This document shows, piece by piece, positions 51,700-59,935 of a stretch of DNA of 64,000 bases; the first letter of the stretch is position 1, and every line of letters starts with the position of its first letter. The notes beneath the pieces were generated by a model. It worked only from the letters and a program-made list of their open reading frames with translations. It did no database searches and was not told the origin of the DNA. The position numbers were made by a program, and so were the translations under genes. Location of the stretch: NCBI GenBank assembly GCA_905207625.1, contig CAJLLT010000003.1, positions 43,924 to 107,923 of the forward strand. The letters are read 5' to 3'. Source of the stretch: an uncultured Eubacteriales bacterium (GTDB lineage Bacteria; Bacillota; Clostridia; Oscillospirales; UBA644).

Positions 51700-51814
51700 T
51701 TTTTTTCCTCCGAATGTTTTGTTTTTTCAATCCATCCGGAACCGTGCAATGCAAAGCTTCAGGGCATACCACCTCTCTTTTCGGTGCTGTTATCCCGGGT
51801 CTGAGGTTTTTTCC

Positions 51815-52252
51815 TTATCTCTTTTTATACAGCACGATCTCCGGCTCGCTGCCGTCTACACTGTAACTGCATATGAGTATAAAATCCATGTCCGCAACTA
51901 CTCCGTAGCAGATGCCCATGTCGGCAAATTCGATCTGTGTTCCGAGATATATGTTTTCGTCTTTGAGAAACCTGACGGTATCGCCGCACGGAAGACGGTA
52001 TTCCAGGTTTACCAGGTGCCCCGGAAGTTCATGCAGCGTATCCGCGCGGGGGATCCCCGCAGCTTCAAGCAGTTTGTTGATTTCGGCAAGGAGCCTGATC
52101 CTGAATGCGGTATAGGCGGCTTTCCCTCCCGTTTTTATGTATTCCGCGGCAATGCAATTTCCTCCGAACGGGCTTGCACAGGTTTCGGCACAACCCTTGC
52201 AGTCCTCCTTCATTTTGCATTCGTCGCAGTTTGCTCCGCATACTGATGTCAT
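51815..52252 (-). CDS. Cys-rich DUF3795-like protein
   Basis: 145 aa. N-terminal CGANCDECKMKEDCKGCAETC cluster as recalled for DUF3795. Assignment from memory. Confidence 0.6.
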   Translation of the reverse strand: MTSVCGANCDECKMKEDCKGCAETCASPFGGNCIAAEYIKTGGKAAYTAFRIRLLAEINKLLEAAGIPRADTLHELPGHLVNLEYRLPCGDTVRFLKDENIYLGTQIEFADMGICYGVVADMDFILICSYSVDGSEPEIVLYKKR

Positions 52253-52332
52253 TTGTTTTTCCTTTCATTTCCGGGTAAAGGTGCGTTCCGGCCCGGCTTC
52301 ACGGTTTTAGCCGTGTTTTACGTGATTTACGG

Positions 52333-52734
52333 TTATGTACTAGGCTGATCTGTCTGTTTTTGTATGCGTATTACTCCCTTTGCTGAGACTCCCGTAACAG
52401 AGAAGGTGTAAACGCCGCTTTTTTGAATGTCAAGCACGAAATCGGAGCAGACTTTTCCATCCCCGCTGTAGACGGACGTTCCGTTTCCGTCCGCAATGTC
52501 AAGTCTGAGTTCTCCCTGCTCCGTCCGGAAATGCACTTCAAGGCTGTCCGAAGCTTCCAGTTCCATTGTGTGGCTGTCCGTTCCGTTCATCAGGTCCGCT
52601 TCGAGGATGTATTTGTCTTCGTTCTTGATTCTATTGCCGTTAAATGTTGCGTGTCCGCATGCCGCTGTGTGCAACGCAAGGAAAGCAAACAGCAGCAGCG
52701 CCGCGGCTGATCTTATTCTTTTCCCCGTTTTCAT
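52333..52734 (-). CDS. Small lipoprotein, unknown function
   Basis: 133 aa from ATG 52734. Signal peptide with lipobox LHTAAC. The track ORF extends to 53079 across a promoter and is rejected. Confidence 0.65.
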   Translation of the reverse strand: MKTGKRIRSAAALLLFAFLALHTAACGHATFNGNRIKNEDKYILEADLMNGTDSHTMELEASDSLEVHFRTEQGELRLDIADGNGTSVYSGDGKVCSDFVLDIQKSGVYTFSVTGVSAKGVIRIQKQTDQPST

Positions 52735-52768
52735 ATATTTCCGTCCCGAAAGTATATCTTTTGAGGGT

Positions 52769-52797
52769 ATTTTACACCAAACAGCCTGTTTTGTCAA
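52769..52797 (-). promoter_or_regulatory. Promoter of lipoprotein-DUF3795-vat unit (minus strand)
   Basis: On the minus strand: TTGACA (52797-52792), 17 bp, TAAAAT (52774-52769). Confidence 0.6.
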
Positions 52798-52900
52798 GAG
52801 TTCCGGACACGGCGTATTACTTTTTGGCCGTCGGAACATACCCCGGTCCGGCCTTTGTACGGAAACACAAAAAGGTCGGAAAAAAATCGGTGTATCCCTC

Positions 52901-52929
52901 TTGACTGGATCCGGAACAGGTGCTATACT
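52901..52929 (+). promoter_or_regulatory. Promoter upstream of the flavin reductase gene
   Basis: TTGACT (52901-52906), 17 bp, TATACT (52924-52929), followed by a GC-rich leader of about 165 nt. Confidence 0.55.
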
Positions 52930-53099
52930 GTACGGGATAAAGCGTATGATTCGTTTGTCGGTGCCGGGTGAGGCATCTGCGTTTCCGCCGGTGCCGGCGA
53001 GACGATCTTTGCGTTCGCAAGAATACCGCGGTTCCGGCGATTCGGGGAAGATTCCCCGCAACCCCGGAGCTGACGGCAAAAAATAAAGGAGTGCTTGTT

Positions 53100-53657
53100 A
53101 TGAGAAAAAATTTCGGTGCGGAATCCTGGTTCTATCCTCTGCCGGTACTGATCGTGGGTACCTATGATGAAAACGGCAATGCGGATGCCATGAACGCGGC
53201 ATGGGGCGGACTGTATGATGCCGATAAGGTTGTACTGTGCCTGAGTGCAGGTCATAAGACTACCCGCAACATCAAAGCAAATGGCGCCTTTACCGTGAGT
53301 TTTGCCGATGCGGCTCATGTGGCGGAGGCGGATTATGTCGGAATAGTTTCCGCAAACAAAGAACCCCGTAAAATGGAAAAATCCGGATTCCATGTTTACA
53401 GAAGCGAAAAAGTAAACGCTCCTGTTATCGAAGAACTTCCGGTGACTCTGGAGTGCGAACTGATCAGAATCAACGAGGACGGCAACGTTATCGGAAAGAT
53501 CGTAAACGTAAGTGCTGATGAGTCCGTTCTCGGCGCTGACGGAAGCATTGATATGTCAAAATTCCGTCCCATATCCTTTGAGCCCGCCCACAGCAGATAC
53601 CATGTGCTGGGTGATGTGGTCGGAACAGCTTTTCAGGACGGGGAGAAACTGAAATAA
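53100..53657 (+). CDS. Flavin reductase-like (FMN-binding split-barrel) protein
   Basis: 185 aa from ATG 53100 (SD AAAGGAG). PLPVLIVGTYDENGNADAMNAAWGG is typical of the family. Confidence 0.85.
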   Translation: MRKNFGAESWFYPLPVLIVGTYDENGNADAMNAAWGGLYDADKVVLCLSAGHKTTRNIKANGAFTVSFADAAHVAEADYVGIVSANKEPRKMEKSGFHVYRSEKVNAPVIEELPVTLECELIRINEDGNVIGKIVNVSADESVLGADGSIDMSKFRPISFEPAHSRYHVLGDVVGTAFQDGEKLK

Positions 53658-53727
53658 AAGCCCTCCGGGGCTTATCTTTGCGCCCGGAAGGGACGGGCGG
53701 AGAAAAAGAAAGAAGCGTAGCGGTGTG

Positions 53728-55128
53728 ATGGGAACGGAAATCAGAAAACGGCAGATGGATATGATCCACGGGCCGATATGGAAAAAAATACTGCTGTTTG
53801 CGTTGCCTGTTGCCGCAACCGCAATTCTTGAGCAGCTGTTCAATGCCTCCGACGTGGCTGTGGTAGGTAATTTTACCGGAGAAATGCGCAATGCCGCGGT
53901 TGCGGCCGTCGGAGCGAACAGCCCCATAATTTCCCTGATAGTAAACCTGTTTATCGGTATAGCCCTCGGGGCAAACGTGGTTATAGCCCATGATATCGGT
54001 AACGGAGACAGGGATTCCGTGCGGAAAACCGTTCATACCTCCATTCTCGTTGCGCTTATCGGCGGGGTACTGGTGGGTATTATCGGCGAACTGGTTGCCG
54101 CCCCTCTGCTGGGGATCCTCCAGGTGCCCGAAGATGTCTTTCCTCTTGCCCTGACGTATCTGCGGATATATTTTCTGGGACTGCCCGTGATACTTCTCTA
54201 CAATTTCGAAGCTGCGATTTTCAGGAGTATCGGGCAGACCCGTATCCCTCTGATCGCGCTTGCAGCGTCCGGAGTTCTCAATGTGCTGCTTAATCTGTTC
54301 TTCGTTATTGTGCTTCATATGACGGTTGACGGGGTGGCGATAGCGACCGTTGTTTCCAACGCCGTGAGTTCCGTTATCCTGTATTGCATATTGCGGCGTA
54401 CAACTCAGGTGATCCGTGTGGAACCGAAGGAGTTGAGGATAGATCCCAAGAGCCTGAAACGTGTTCTGCGGATAGGTCTTCCGGCGGGGATCCAGAGCGC
54501 TGTGTTCTCAGTTGCCAATATTATAATCCAGTCCGCTATAAACAGCCTCGGAACGGTTGTGATGGCGGCGTCAAGTGCCGCATATAACATCGAAATAATC
54601 ACATACGATATTCTGAATTCATTCAGCCAGGCGTGCACCACTTTTGTCGGGCAGAATTTCGGCGCCCATGAACTGAAGAGATGCCGGAAGACCCTTGCCC
54701 TTTGCCTTGCTGAAGGGCTGGCTGTACTTCTGGCTGCCATTGTCCTCATCCTGTTTTTCGGCAAACCCCTGCTGTCGGTCTTCAACAAGGATCCCGAAGT
54801 TATCTCTGTCGGATATACGCGGTTGGCTCTTTTGATGACGGCTCATATCTTCAGCCTTTTCTATGAGGTACTGTCCGGTTATCTGCGCGGCTTCGGAATA
54901 TCGCTCCTTCCTGCCACTCTGACCATGCTCGGTGTCTGCGGAGTCCGGCTTAGCTGGATATACCTTGTTTTTCCGAAGCACAGAACCTTCGGAACCATTA
55001 TGATGGCATTTCCGATCAGTCTTGCGGTCACGGCACTTTTCATGCTGATAGCCGTGGTGTGTTGCCGTCCGTCGCACAGACATGCCGCGGACAGGAATGC
55101 TCCGGAGAAGGATCTGATCCATCAGTAA
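53728..55128 (+). CDS. MATE family efflux transporter (second copy)
   Basis: About 466 aa. GPIWKKILLFALPVAATAILEQLFNASDVAVVG and 12 TM segments. GTG 53725 or ATG 53728. Confidence 0.9.
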   Translation: MGTEIRKRQMDMIHGPIWKKILLFALPVAATAILEQLFNASDVAVVGNFTGEMRNAAVAAVGANSPIISLIVNLFIGIALGANVVIAHDIGNGDRDSVRKTVHTSILVALIGGVLVGIIGELVAAPLLGILQVPEDVFPLALTYLRIYFLGLPVILLYNFEAAIFRSIGQTRIPLIALAASGVLNVLLNLFFVIVLHMTVDGVAIATVVSNAVSSVILYCILRRTTQVIRVEPKELRIDPKSLKRVLRIGLPAGIQSAVFSVANIIIQSAINSLGTVVMAASSAAYNIEIITYDILNSFSQACTTFVGQNFGAHELKRCRKTLALCLAEGLAVLLAAIVLILFFGKPLLSVFNKDPEVISVGYTRLALLMTAHIFSLFYEVLSGYLRGFGISLLPATLTMLGVCGVRLSWIYLVFPKHRTFGTIMMAFPISLAVTALFMLIAVVCCRPSHRHAADRNAPEKDLIHQ

Positions 55129-55153
55129 GCAACCTTTGATTTAAGGAAAACAA

Positions 55154-55190
55154 CAGCAGAAAGGGAACGCCCTTTCTGCTGAATTTTTAT
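55154..55190 (+). terminator. Rho-independent terminator after MATE-2
   Basis: 12-bp stem CAGCAGAAAGGG / CCCTTTCTGCTG, loop AACG, then AATTTTTAT. Confidence 0.8.
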
Positions 55191-55374
55191 GTCCGTTTGT
55201 GTGTTTATCCGATTTATCTGAAATGATGCCGGATGGCAAAAATAATGGTTTACAGAAGAATGCCGGCGGATATCATGCCCGAAATGTAAAACCTTATTTT
55301 CAGGCGATCTCCGTGGTATGTGTGCCTTTAGGCACTTTTACTTTCTTGTTCAACAGATCAAAACTTTTCAGAAG

Positions 55375-55857
55375 TTATATTTCAGTGTATTCCGCTGTAT
55401 TTCCGTGCTCCAGGATCAATTCCAGCAAATCGTCTGACTTCATCCAGACCGTTGCCGTGTTATCATTGGGATGAACGCCGATCTTGTTCCCGGCAAACTC
55501 TTTGTCCAAATAAAAATGAATACGGCACTCCTCATCATTTAGAAATCCAAGGGGAGTGACCGAGCCCGGTGTCAATCCCATAATGGAAAGCAATTCCTCC
55601 GCAGATGCAAATGAAAGGGCTCGCAAACCGTGGTTTTTGCGGAACTCCTTCAGATTTACTCTTTTGTCACCTTTAACGGAAATAAGGTAGTAATTGTGTT
55701 TTTTGTCGTCCCGGACGGATAAATTCTTCGCGTCCCATTCGGGGTAAGGCAATTCGACAGAAGCCAGTTCCTCCATGCTGAACACTGCTTTATGCTCGGT
55801 CACTTCATAGGATATTTTCTTGTCTGTCAGAAATCTGTAAGTCTGTGTCTTGTTCAT
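55375..55857 (-). CDS. YbaK/ProX-type aminoacyl-tRNA editing domain protein
   Basis: 160 aa. YbaK/prolyl-tRNA synthetase-associated pattern (K.L...D.K.....I....D.RV.L........L..A..EE......G...G.V.P.G). Confidence 0.8.
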   Translation of the reverse strand: MNKTQTYRFLTDKKISYEVTEHKAVFSMEELASVELPYPEWDAKNLSVRDDKKHNYYLISVKGDKRVNLKEFRKNHGLRALSFASAEELLSIMGLTPGSVTPLGFLNDEECRIHFYLDKEFAGNKIGVHPNDNTATVWMKSDDLLELILEHGNTAEYTEI

Positions 55858-56117
55858 GTTGTGTTGTCAACCTTTACCACGCTGAATTTTCATGTATTTT
55901 TGTGAGTATTCTTTCGTTCATCCGTTTAATTGTAAATACTGAATATATCAAAAAACGGTCTGTGAAGAAAAGATTCGAGGACCGCCTCTTGCATATACGG
56001 CAAAATCCGGTTTTCGGAGCATTTTCCGGGAGTGTGCCGGACGATATGTGTTTTTTGTACATGCATTCGCCTGCCAGAGGGTGTTTTCATTAAGGGATCC
56101 TGTGGTCTCTAAATTAT

Positions 56118-56564
56118 CTACTTTTCCATTACATAATTCACAAGCGAAATTCCATGTCGTATGACGGACTGCTCCTTAACAACACGATATCCCCGGTGAA
56201 TAAAAAACGGTTTTGCAGTGATGGAGGCATGTGTGGTAATAAGTTTTCCAGTCGCGAACTGTTCCAATTTATTGCAAATGGCAGATGCAATGCCTCTGCC
56301 CTGATAGTCTTTGTGAACATAAAGCCTATTCAAATAGCCGGTTTTATCCATATCTCCAAAGCCTACGATTTGTTCTTTTTCCATTGCAACAATTGTCTCA
56401 TTTTTCAGGAACGATCGATTCCATTCCTGCAAGTCTATCGTTCCGGTAGCCCAGGCATTCAACTGTGCGGGGGTGTAATCTCTTGCGTTTACATTGTGAA
56501 CGGTTTGGTAGAATAGCTCTGCCAATTGTTCGCAGTCGGATGTTTCATATTTTCGAAGCCGCAT
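56118..56564 (-). CDS. GNAT family N-acetyltransferase
   Basis: 148 aa. Acetyl-CoA binding motif A: RLYVHKDYQGRGIASAI. Confidence 0.85.
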   Translation of the reverse strand: MRLRKYETSDCEQLAELFYQTVHNVNARDYTPAQLNAWATGTIDLQEWNRSFLKNETIVAMEKEQIVGFGDMDKTGYLNRLYVHKDYQGRGIASAICNKLEQFATGKLITTHASITAKPFFIHRGYRVVKEQSVIRHGISLVNYVMEK

Positions 56565-56643
56565 TTTCAGTCCTCCACAAATTCGTCTTTGTCTTCATAG
56601 TAACATATCCCTGGGAATTTTTCAACCCATCACACAACTGCAA

Positions 56644-56693
56644 ACAAAAAATAGCGGTCTGTAAGAAAAGACTTACAGACCGTTACTCTTGGC
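56644..56693 (-). terminator. Terminator / left copy of the 50-bp islet-flanking repeat
   Basis: CGGTCTGTAAG-AAAA-GACTTACAGACCG hairpin with a T run on the minus strand (rc CTATTTTTTGTTTG). Homologous to 59650-59698. Confidence 0.75.
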
Positions 56694-56889
56694 TTTCTAA
56701 TACGAAATAGCTACATATGCGAATTTTGATTTTTCAAAATAGCACTTATAAAAATGATTAAAGACGGTCTTTCAATTGTCCCGAAAAGATTGATAAGTCA
56801 GCCGTTTTAGACTCCACGCTATTTTCGATATTGCCTAAAACATAATCTGCCACTTCAGGTTGCCAATAAACTTTAGTTGCTTTTAGGAT

Positions 56890-58050
56890 TTATGAAATAA
56901 TACCGTTAATTCTTTTCGCATTCTCGCTCAAAGACTTCGACTGACCGATTAACGTCTTGAAAAAAGATTTTACGTCATTGTCTTTCAACACTCCAAACAC
57001 CTGACTGTTTTCGACAGCGATTTTAAATAATTCTTCACGTTCATCTGCCGCCCAATTGTCAATTTTATTCAAATTTTCAACAGCGATATGCGTCGCCGCA
57101 TAACTGAAACTGTTTTTCAGCTTTAAAATCGCGTCGACCTTGTTTCTTTTTTCTTCGCCCTGCTCTTTATCGTTATCCATTTGTTCTTTTTGTTGCTTAT
57201 AAAACAGGTCTTCCAATTTTTCGTTCGCGCAAGTTCTGTCTATTATCGCTTTAACTATCTTGTCCAATTCCGTCCCATCGGAATAGTCTGCGGGCGCGAA
57301 AAATTTAATTCTTTTTTCGCGCATCATTTTATAAGCCTTATTTTTATCTTTAGTTTCGGGATCGTATACCGCGATAGAATACCCGCCGTTTACCGTAATC
57401 AGCTTCATGCACGGAATATCGGTATCGCTGTCACCTATGTAAATCATATTTCTGAAAGGCACTCTTATTTCTGACGGATCGAAGCTATCATTTACACCGG
57501 GGTCGTTAATGTCGAGGACGCCTTTTTCTATTCTGAACAAAAACTGTGTTTTGTTCGTATAATTTACCGCCTGTGCCGGCCAGACGGCTACTCCTTTGTC
57601 GTTATAATAAAATGAGGTCGCATATATTTTTTCAAATTCATCGGCGACTTTCGTCCCCTCTATCATTTCTTTTAATCCGGAGGAAATTATATAATGTTTG
57701 ACAATAACTCCATGTTCTTCGCCATACCGTTTTATTCTTTTAAACCACGTATCCACACCTTTAAAAAGTTCAACGGTCTTTCCGTATTCTATCAGTTTAT
57801 CTCTTGTAAAAAGAACCTTCCCCTCGGATTTTTGTTGCATCGTCAACATATACGCAAGGTTTTGATCCATATCGTTTTTTTCACCGAGCGCATTCGACTC
57901 CGTCCAAAATTCATTTACGTCGCACCCCACGGATTGAATGAACCCCTGCGCCTGCATATCCGTCGGAGAAAGCGTCTTATCGAAGTCATAGCATATCGCA
58001 ATAACAGGCCTTTCTTCTTTATGTTTTCTGCTGTCAATATATTTATTCAT
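56890..58050 (-). CDS. HAD-superfamily (subfamily IB-like) hydrolase with about 110-aa helical C-terminal extension
   Basis: 386 aa. HAD motif I ICYDFDKTL, motif II IISSG, motif IV IYIGDSDTDIPCM. A/T-rich codon usage unlike the neighbouring genes. Confidence 0.75.
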   Translation of the reverse strand: MNKYIDSRKHKEERPVIAICYDFDKTLSPTDMQAQGFIQSVGCDVNEFWTESNALGEKNDMDQNLAYMLTMQQKSEGKVLFTRDKLIEYGKTVELFKGVDTWFKRIKRYGEEHGVIVKHYIISSGLKEMIEGTKVADEFEKIYATSFYYNDKGVAVWPAQAVNYTNKTQFLFRIEKGVLDINDPGVNDSFDPSEIRVPFRNMIYIGDSDTDIPCMKLITVNGGYSIAVYDPETKDKNKAYKMMREKRIKFFAPADYSDGTELDKIVKAIIDRTCANEKLEDLFYKQQKEQMDNDKEQGEEKRNKVDAILKLKNSFSYAATHIAVENLNKIDNWAADEREELFKIAVENSQVFGVLKDNDVKSFFKTLIGQSKSLSENAKRINGIIS

Positions 58051-58180
58051 TTTTACCTCTTTGCGGTTTATATTTTATAATTATACCTATAAAATGATTA
58101 TACCATAATCAGTCAATAATTTCAAGTCGTTTTGTCTTTCACACAACAACAATTTTCATTCTCACAAAAAGGGGTTTATA

Positions 58181-58209
58181 TTGACATATCTTCTTTTTTA
58201 TGTTACAAT
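58181..58209 (+). promoter_or_regulatory. Orphan near-consensus promoter inside the AT-rich islet
   Basis: TTGACA (58181-58186), 17 bp, TACAAT (58204-58209). No convincing ORF downstream before the terminator at 58622. Confidence 0.5.
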
Positions 58210-58621
58210 ATAAGGGAAGTTGCCCATTACACGAATAGGCGGCTTTATTTCGTTTCTTATTCGTTCTATCTCTAACACCTAAAACCCGTTGCAGATGCCT
58301 AAATTTTGCCCTGATTCTTAATATTATCCGCTATGTTCAAATCGAAACACCGAGTTCCTATGCATGCTTATAGCATTTATACGCACCGCCATAATCACGC
58401 TTGATATAGACGATCATCAAATCACCCCCTCGAAATGGCATAAAAAAGAGAGAACATTTATCCTTGTTCTCTCTTAAAGGATTTGTCTTAAATTGTATGT
58501 GTCAGGCGGAGATTAAAACAAAGTCGTCAGTTCGAGTCCTCTTTTTCAAAAAGCAGGTCAGAATGCAGCTCTTAAATTCAAACATTCCGAGAAGTGCGCA
58601 AAACACTAAATATAGTAACAG

Positions 58622-58655
58622 AAAAGCACAAGACCTACTAAATCTTGTGCTTTTT
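58622..58655. terminator. Bidirectional hairpin terminator
   Basis: AAAAGCACAAGA-(9 nt)-TCTTGTGCTTTT, with T runs on both strands. Confidence 0.7.
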
Positions 58656-58781
58656 ATGTTTTGTAGCTTTTTCGTACTACAAAGATGTGTGTGCGACAAA
58701 ATCTTGTTTTTTAGGCTGTTTTCGAGAGTGTGTCGGACGATAAGTATTCTTTAACTCGTACCGTTGTGTAAGACTTCTTCA

Positions 58782-59483
58782 TCAAAAGTAAAATGGATTT
58801 TCAATGCTTTCCGCACCAAAGACTTTTGTTGCCATTCGATACATCGCCTTAGCGTGAATTCGGTCATGCCAGATGAATCGACGAAGAACCTTGCGAAGAG
58901 ACCAATCTTCTCCATAGCTCCCTGTGACAACTGTATTATCAAGGAAATCAGGCTTTGCTTCAAGCAATTCAAATCCGCGTTTGCGACACGAATAAATGCT
59001 TCCGTCATTGTCAGCATCAACATGTATTTCCGAAAAATAATAACTGTTTACATTCTTTGTATGCGCATACATTTCATCAGCCGAGCGCGCAACTTTGCCG
59101 TAAAAGGTCATGCGTTCTGGAGAAGCCGTTGCATTCTTGTCGGGAACGGAATTATATAAGGAAAGAAAATCCTGCGCTGATTTCAGCGCAAGTGCCTTTA
59201 ACTTTCTATATTCTTCCGCTTTCAGCGGCGCTTTTTCGCTTTCAAAAAGCACATCTGAATCTGCGTCGCAAATCGCAAGTGCGGAAACCTTTTCTTCGAT
59301 GATAGCGATATCCATACTTGTTTCTGCTTTTTCACCGCACCACTTTAGATAAGAGGTTATTTCTACTTGCATTTTTCGAACAGCCGCTTCCAATGTTTCT
59401 CCACGAGTATATGCGCCTACAAAATCCGCCGCATAAAGCAAGGTGTCATTGCCGTTATGCTCCCATATACAATTGACCGTCAT
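58782..59483 (-). CDS. Fusion protein: HicB-like N-terminal domain plus DinB-superfamily four-helix-bundle domain
   Basis: 233 aa. N-terminus LLYAADFVGAYTRGETLEAAVRKMQVEI resembles HicB/UPF0150. C-terminus WSLRKVLRRFIWHDRIHAKAM resembles DinB_2-type His-containing helices. Confidence 0.6.
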   Translation of the reverse strand: MTVNCIWEHNGNDTLLYAADFVGAYTRGETLEAAVRKMQVEITSYLKWCGEKAETSMDIAIIEEKVSALAICDADSDVLFESEKAPLKAEEYRKLKALALKSAQDFLSLYNSVPDKNATASPERMTFYGKVARSADEMYAHTKNVNSYYFSEIHVDADNDGSIYSCRKRGFELLEAKPDFLDNTVVTGSYGEDWSLRKVLRRFIWHDRIHAKAMYRMATKVFGAESIENPFYF

Positions 59484-59649
59484 AATAGTTCTCCAATCGT
59501 TTTCTCTTATATATTATAGCATACGTCTCTTATTTTTTCAACATTTCGCCGTCGCCTACAACACCAAAAGTCCTTTGGTTGTTTTATCTGGCATACAATT
59601 TCCCATAAAGTTACTTAAAAAAGGGCGAGGCAAAAATGCCCTAAAGGAC

Positions 59650-59698
59650 ACAAAAATAGTGGTCTATAAGAAAAGACTTATAGACCACTACACTTGGC
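59650..59698 (-). terminator. tRNA-Asn terminator / right copy of the 50-bp repeat
   Basis: TGGTCTATAAG-AAAA-GACTTATAGACCA hairpin immediately 3' of the tRNA, followed by a T run on the minus strand. Confidence 0.75.
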
Positions 59699-59770
59699 GC
59701 CCACTGTAGGGCTCGAACCTACGACCCTGCGGTTAACAGCCGCATGCTCTACCGACTGAGCTAAGTGGGC
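59695..59770 (-). tRNA. tRNA-Asn (anticodon GTT), CCA encoded
   Basis: The reverse complement folds as a cloverleaf: acceptor GCCCACT/AGTGGGC, D arm GCTC-AGTCGGTA-GAGC, anticodon arm TGCGG-CTGTTAA-CCGCA, T arm GTAGG-TTCGAGC-CCTAC, discriminator G, then CCA. Confidence 0.95.
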
Positions 59771-59805
59771 AAATATTATTGTCAACTGATTTTTTCGACT
59801 GCCAT

Positions 59806-59834
59806 ATTATATCACAGTTTTCCTGGTTTGTAAA
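59806..59834 (-). promoter_or_regulatory. Promoter of tRNA-Asn (minus strand)
   Basis: On the minus strand: TTTACA (59834-59829), 17 bp, TATAAT (59811-59806). About 29-nt leader before the mature 5' end. Confidence 0.6.
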
Positions 59835-59935
59835 GCCCCCGGACCGGAAATCCACAATTTGTTCAAATTTACTTTTCCCCAACCCGTTTCCACCGCATCT
59901 TTCGGGGTAATGGAACCCGGGACCGGAGAATTTTT

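Noticed and set aside
58358-58417. 19-codon minus-strand ORF (MIVYIKRDYGGAYKCYKHA) with strong SD GAGGGGGTGA
   Set aside because: It is too short and not hydrophobic, so unlike type I toxins. It cannot be supported without conservation or expression data. It is mentioned only as context for the antisense promoter finding.
58528-58539. tRNA T-arm-like string CAGTTCGAGTCC suggesting a tRNA fragment
   Set aside because: The flanking bases cannot form a T stem (GTCAG versus CCTCT) or an acceptor stem, and no cloverleaf can be drawn.
56694-59649. Interpreting the AT-rich islet as an active integrative element or prophage remnant
   Set aside because: No integrase, recombinase, transposase, phage or conjugation gene is present between the repeats. 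Only the boundary repeats and the composition support an insertion history.
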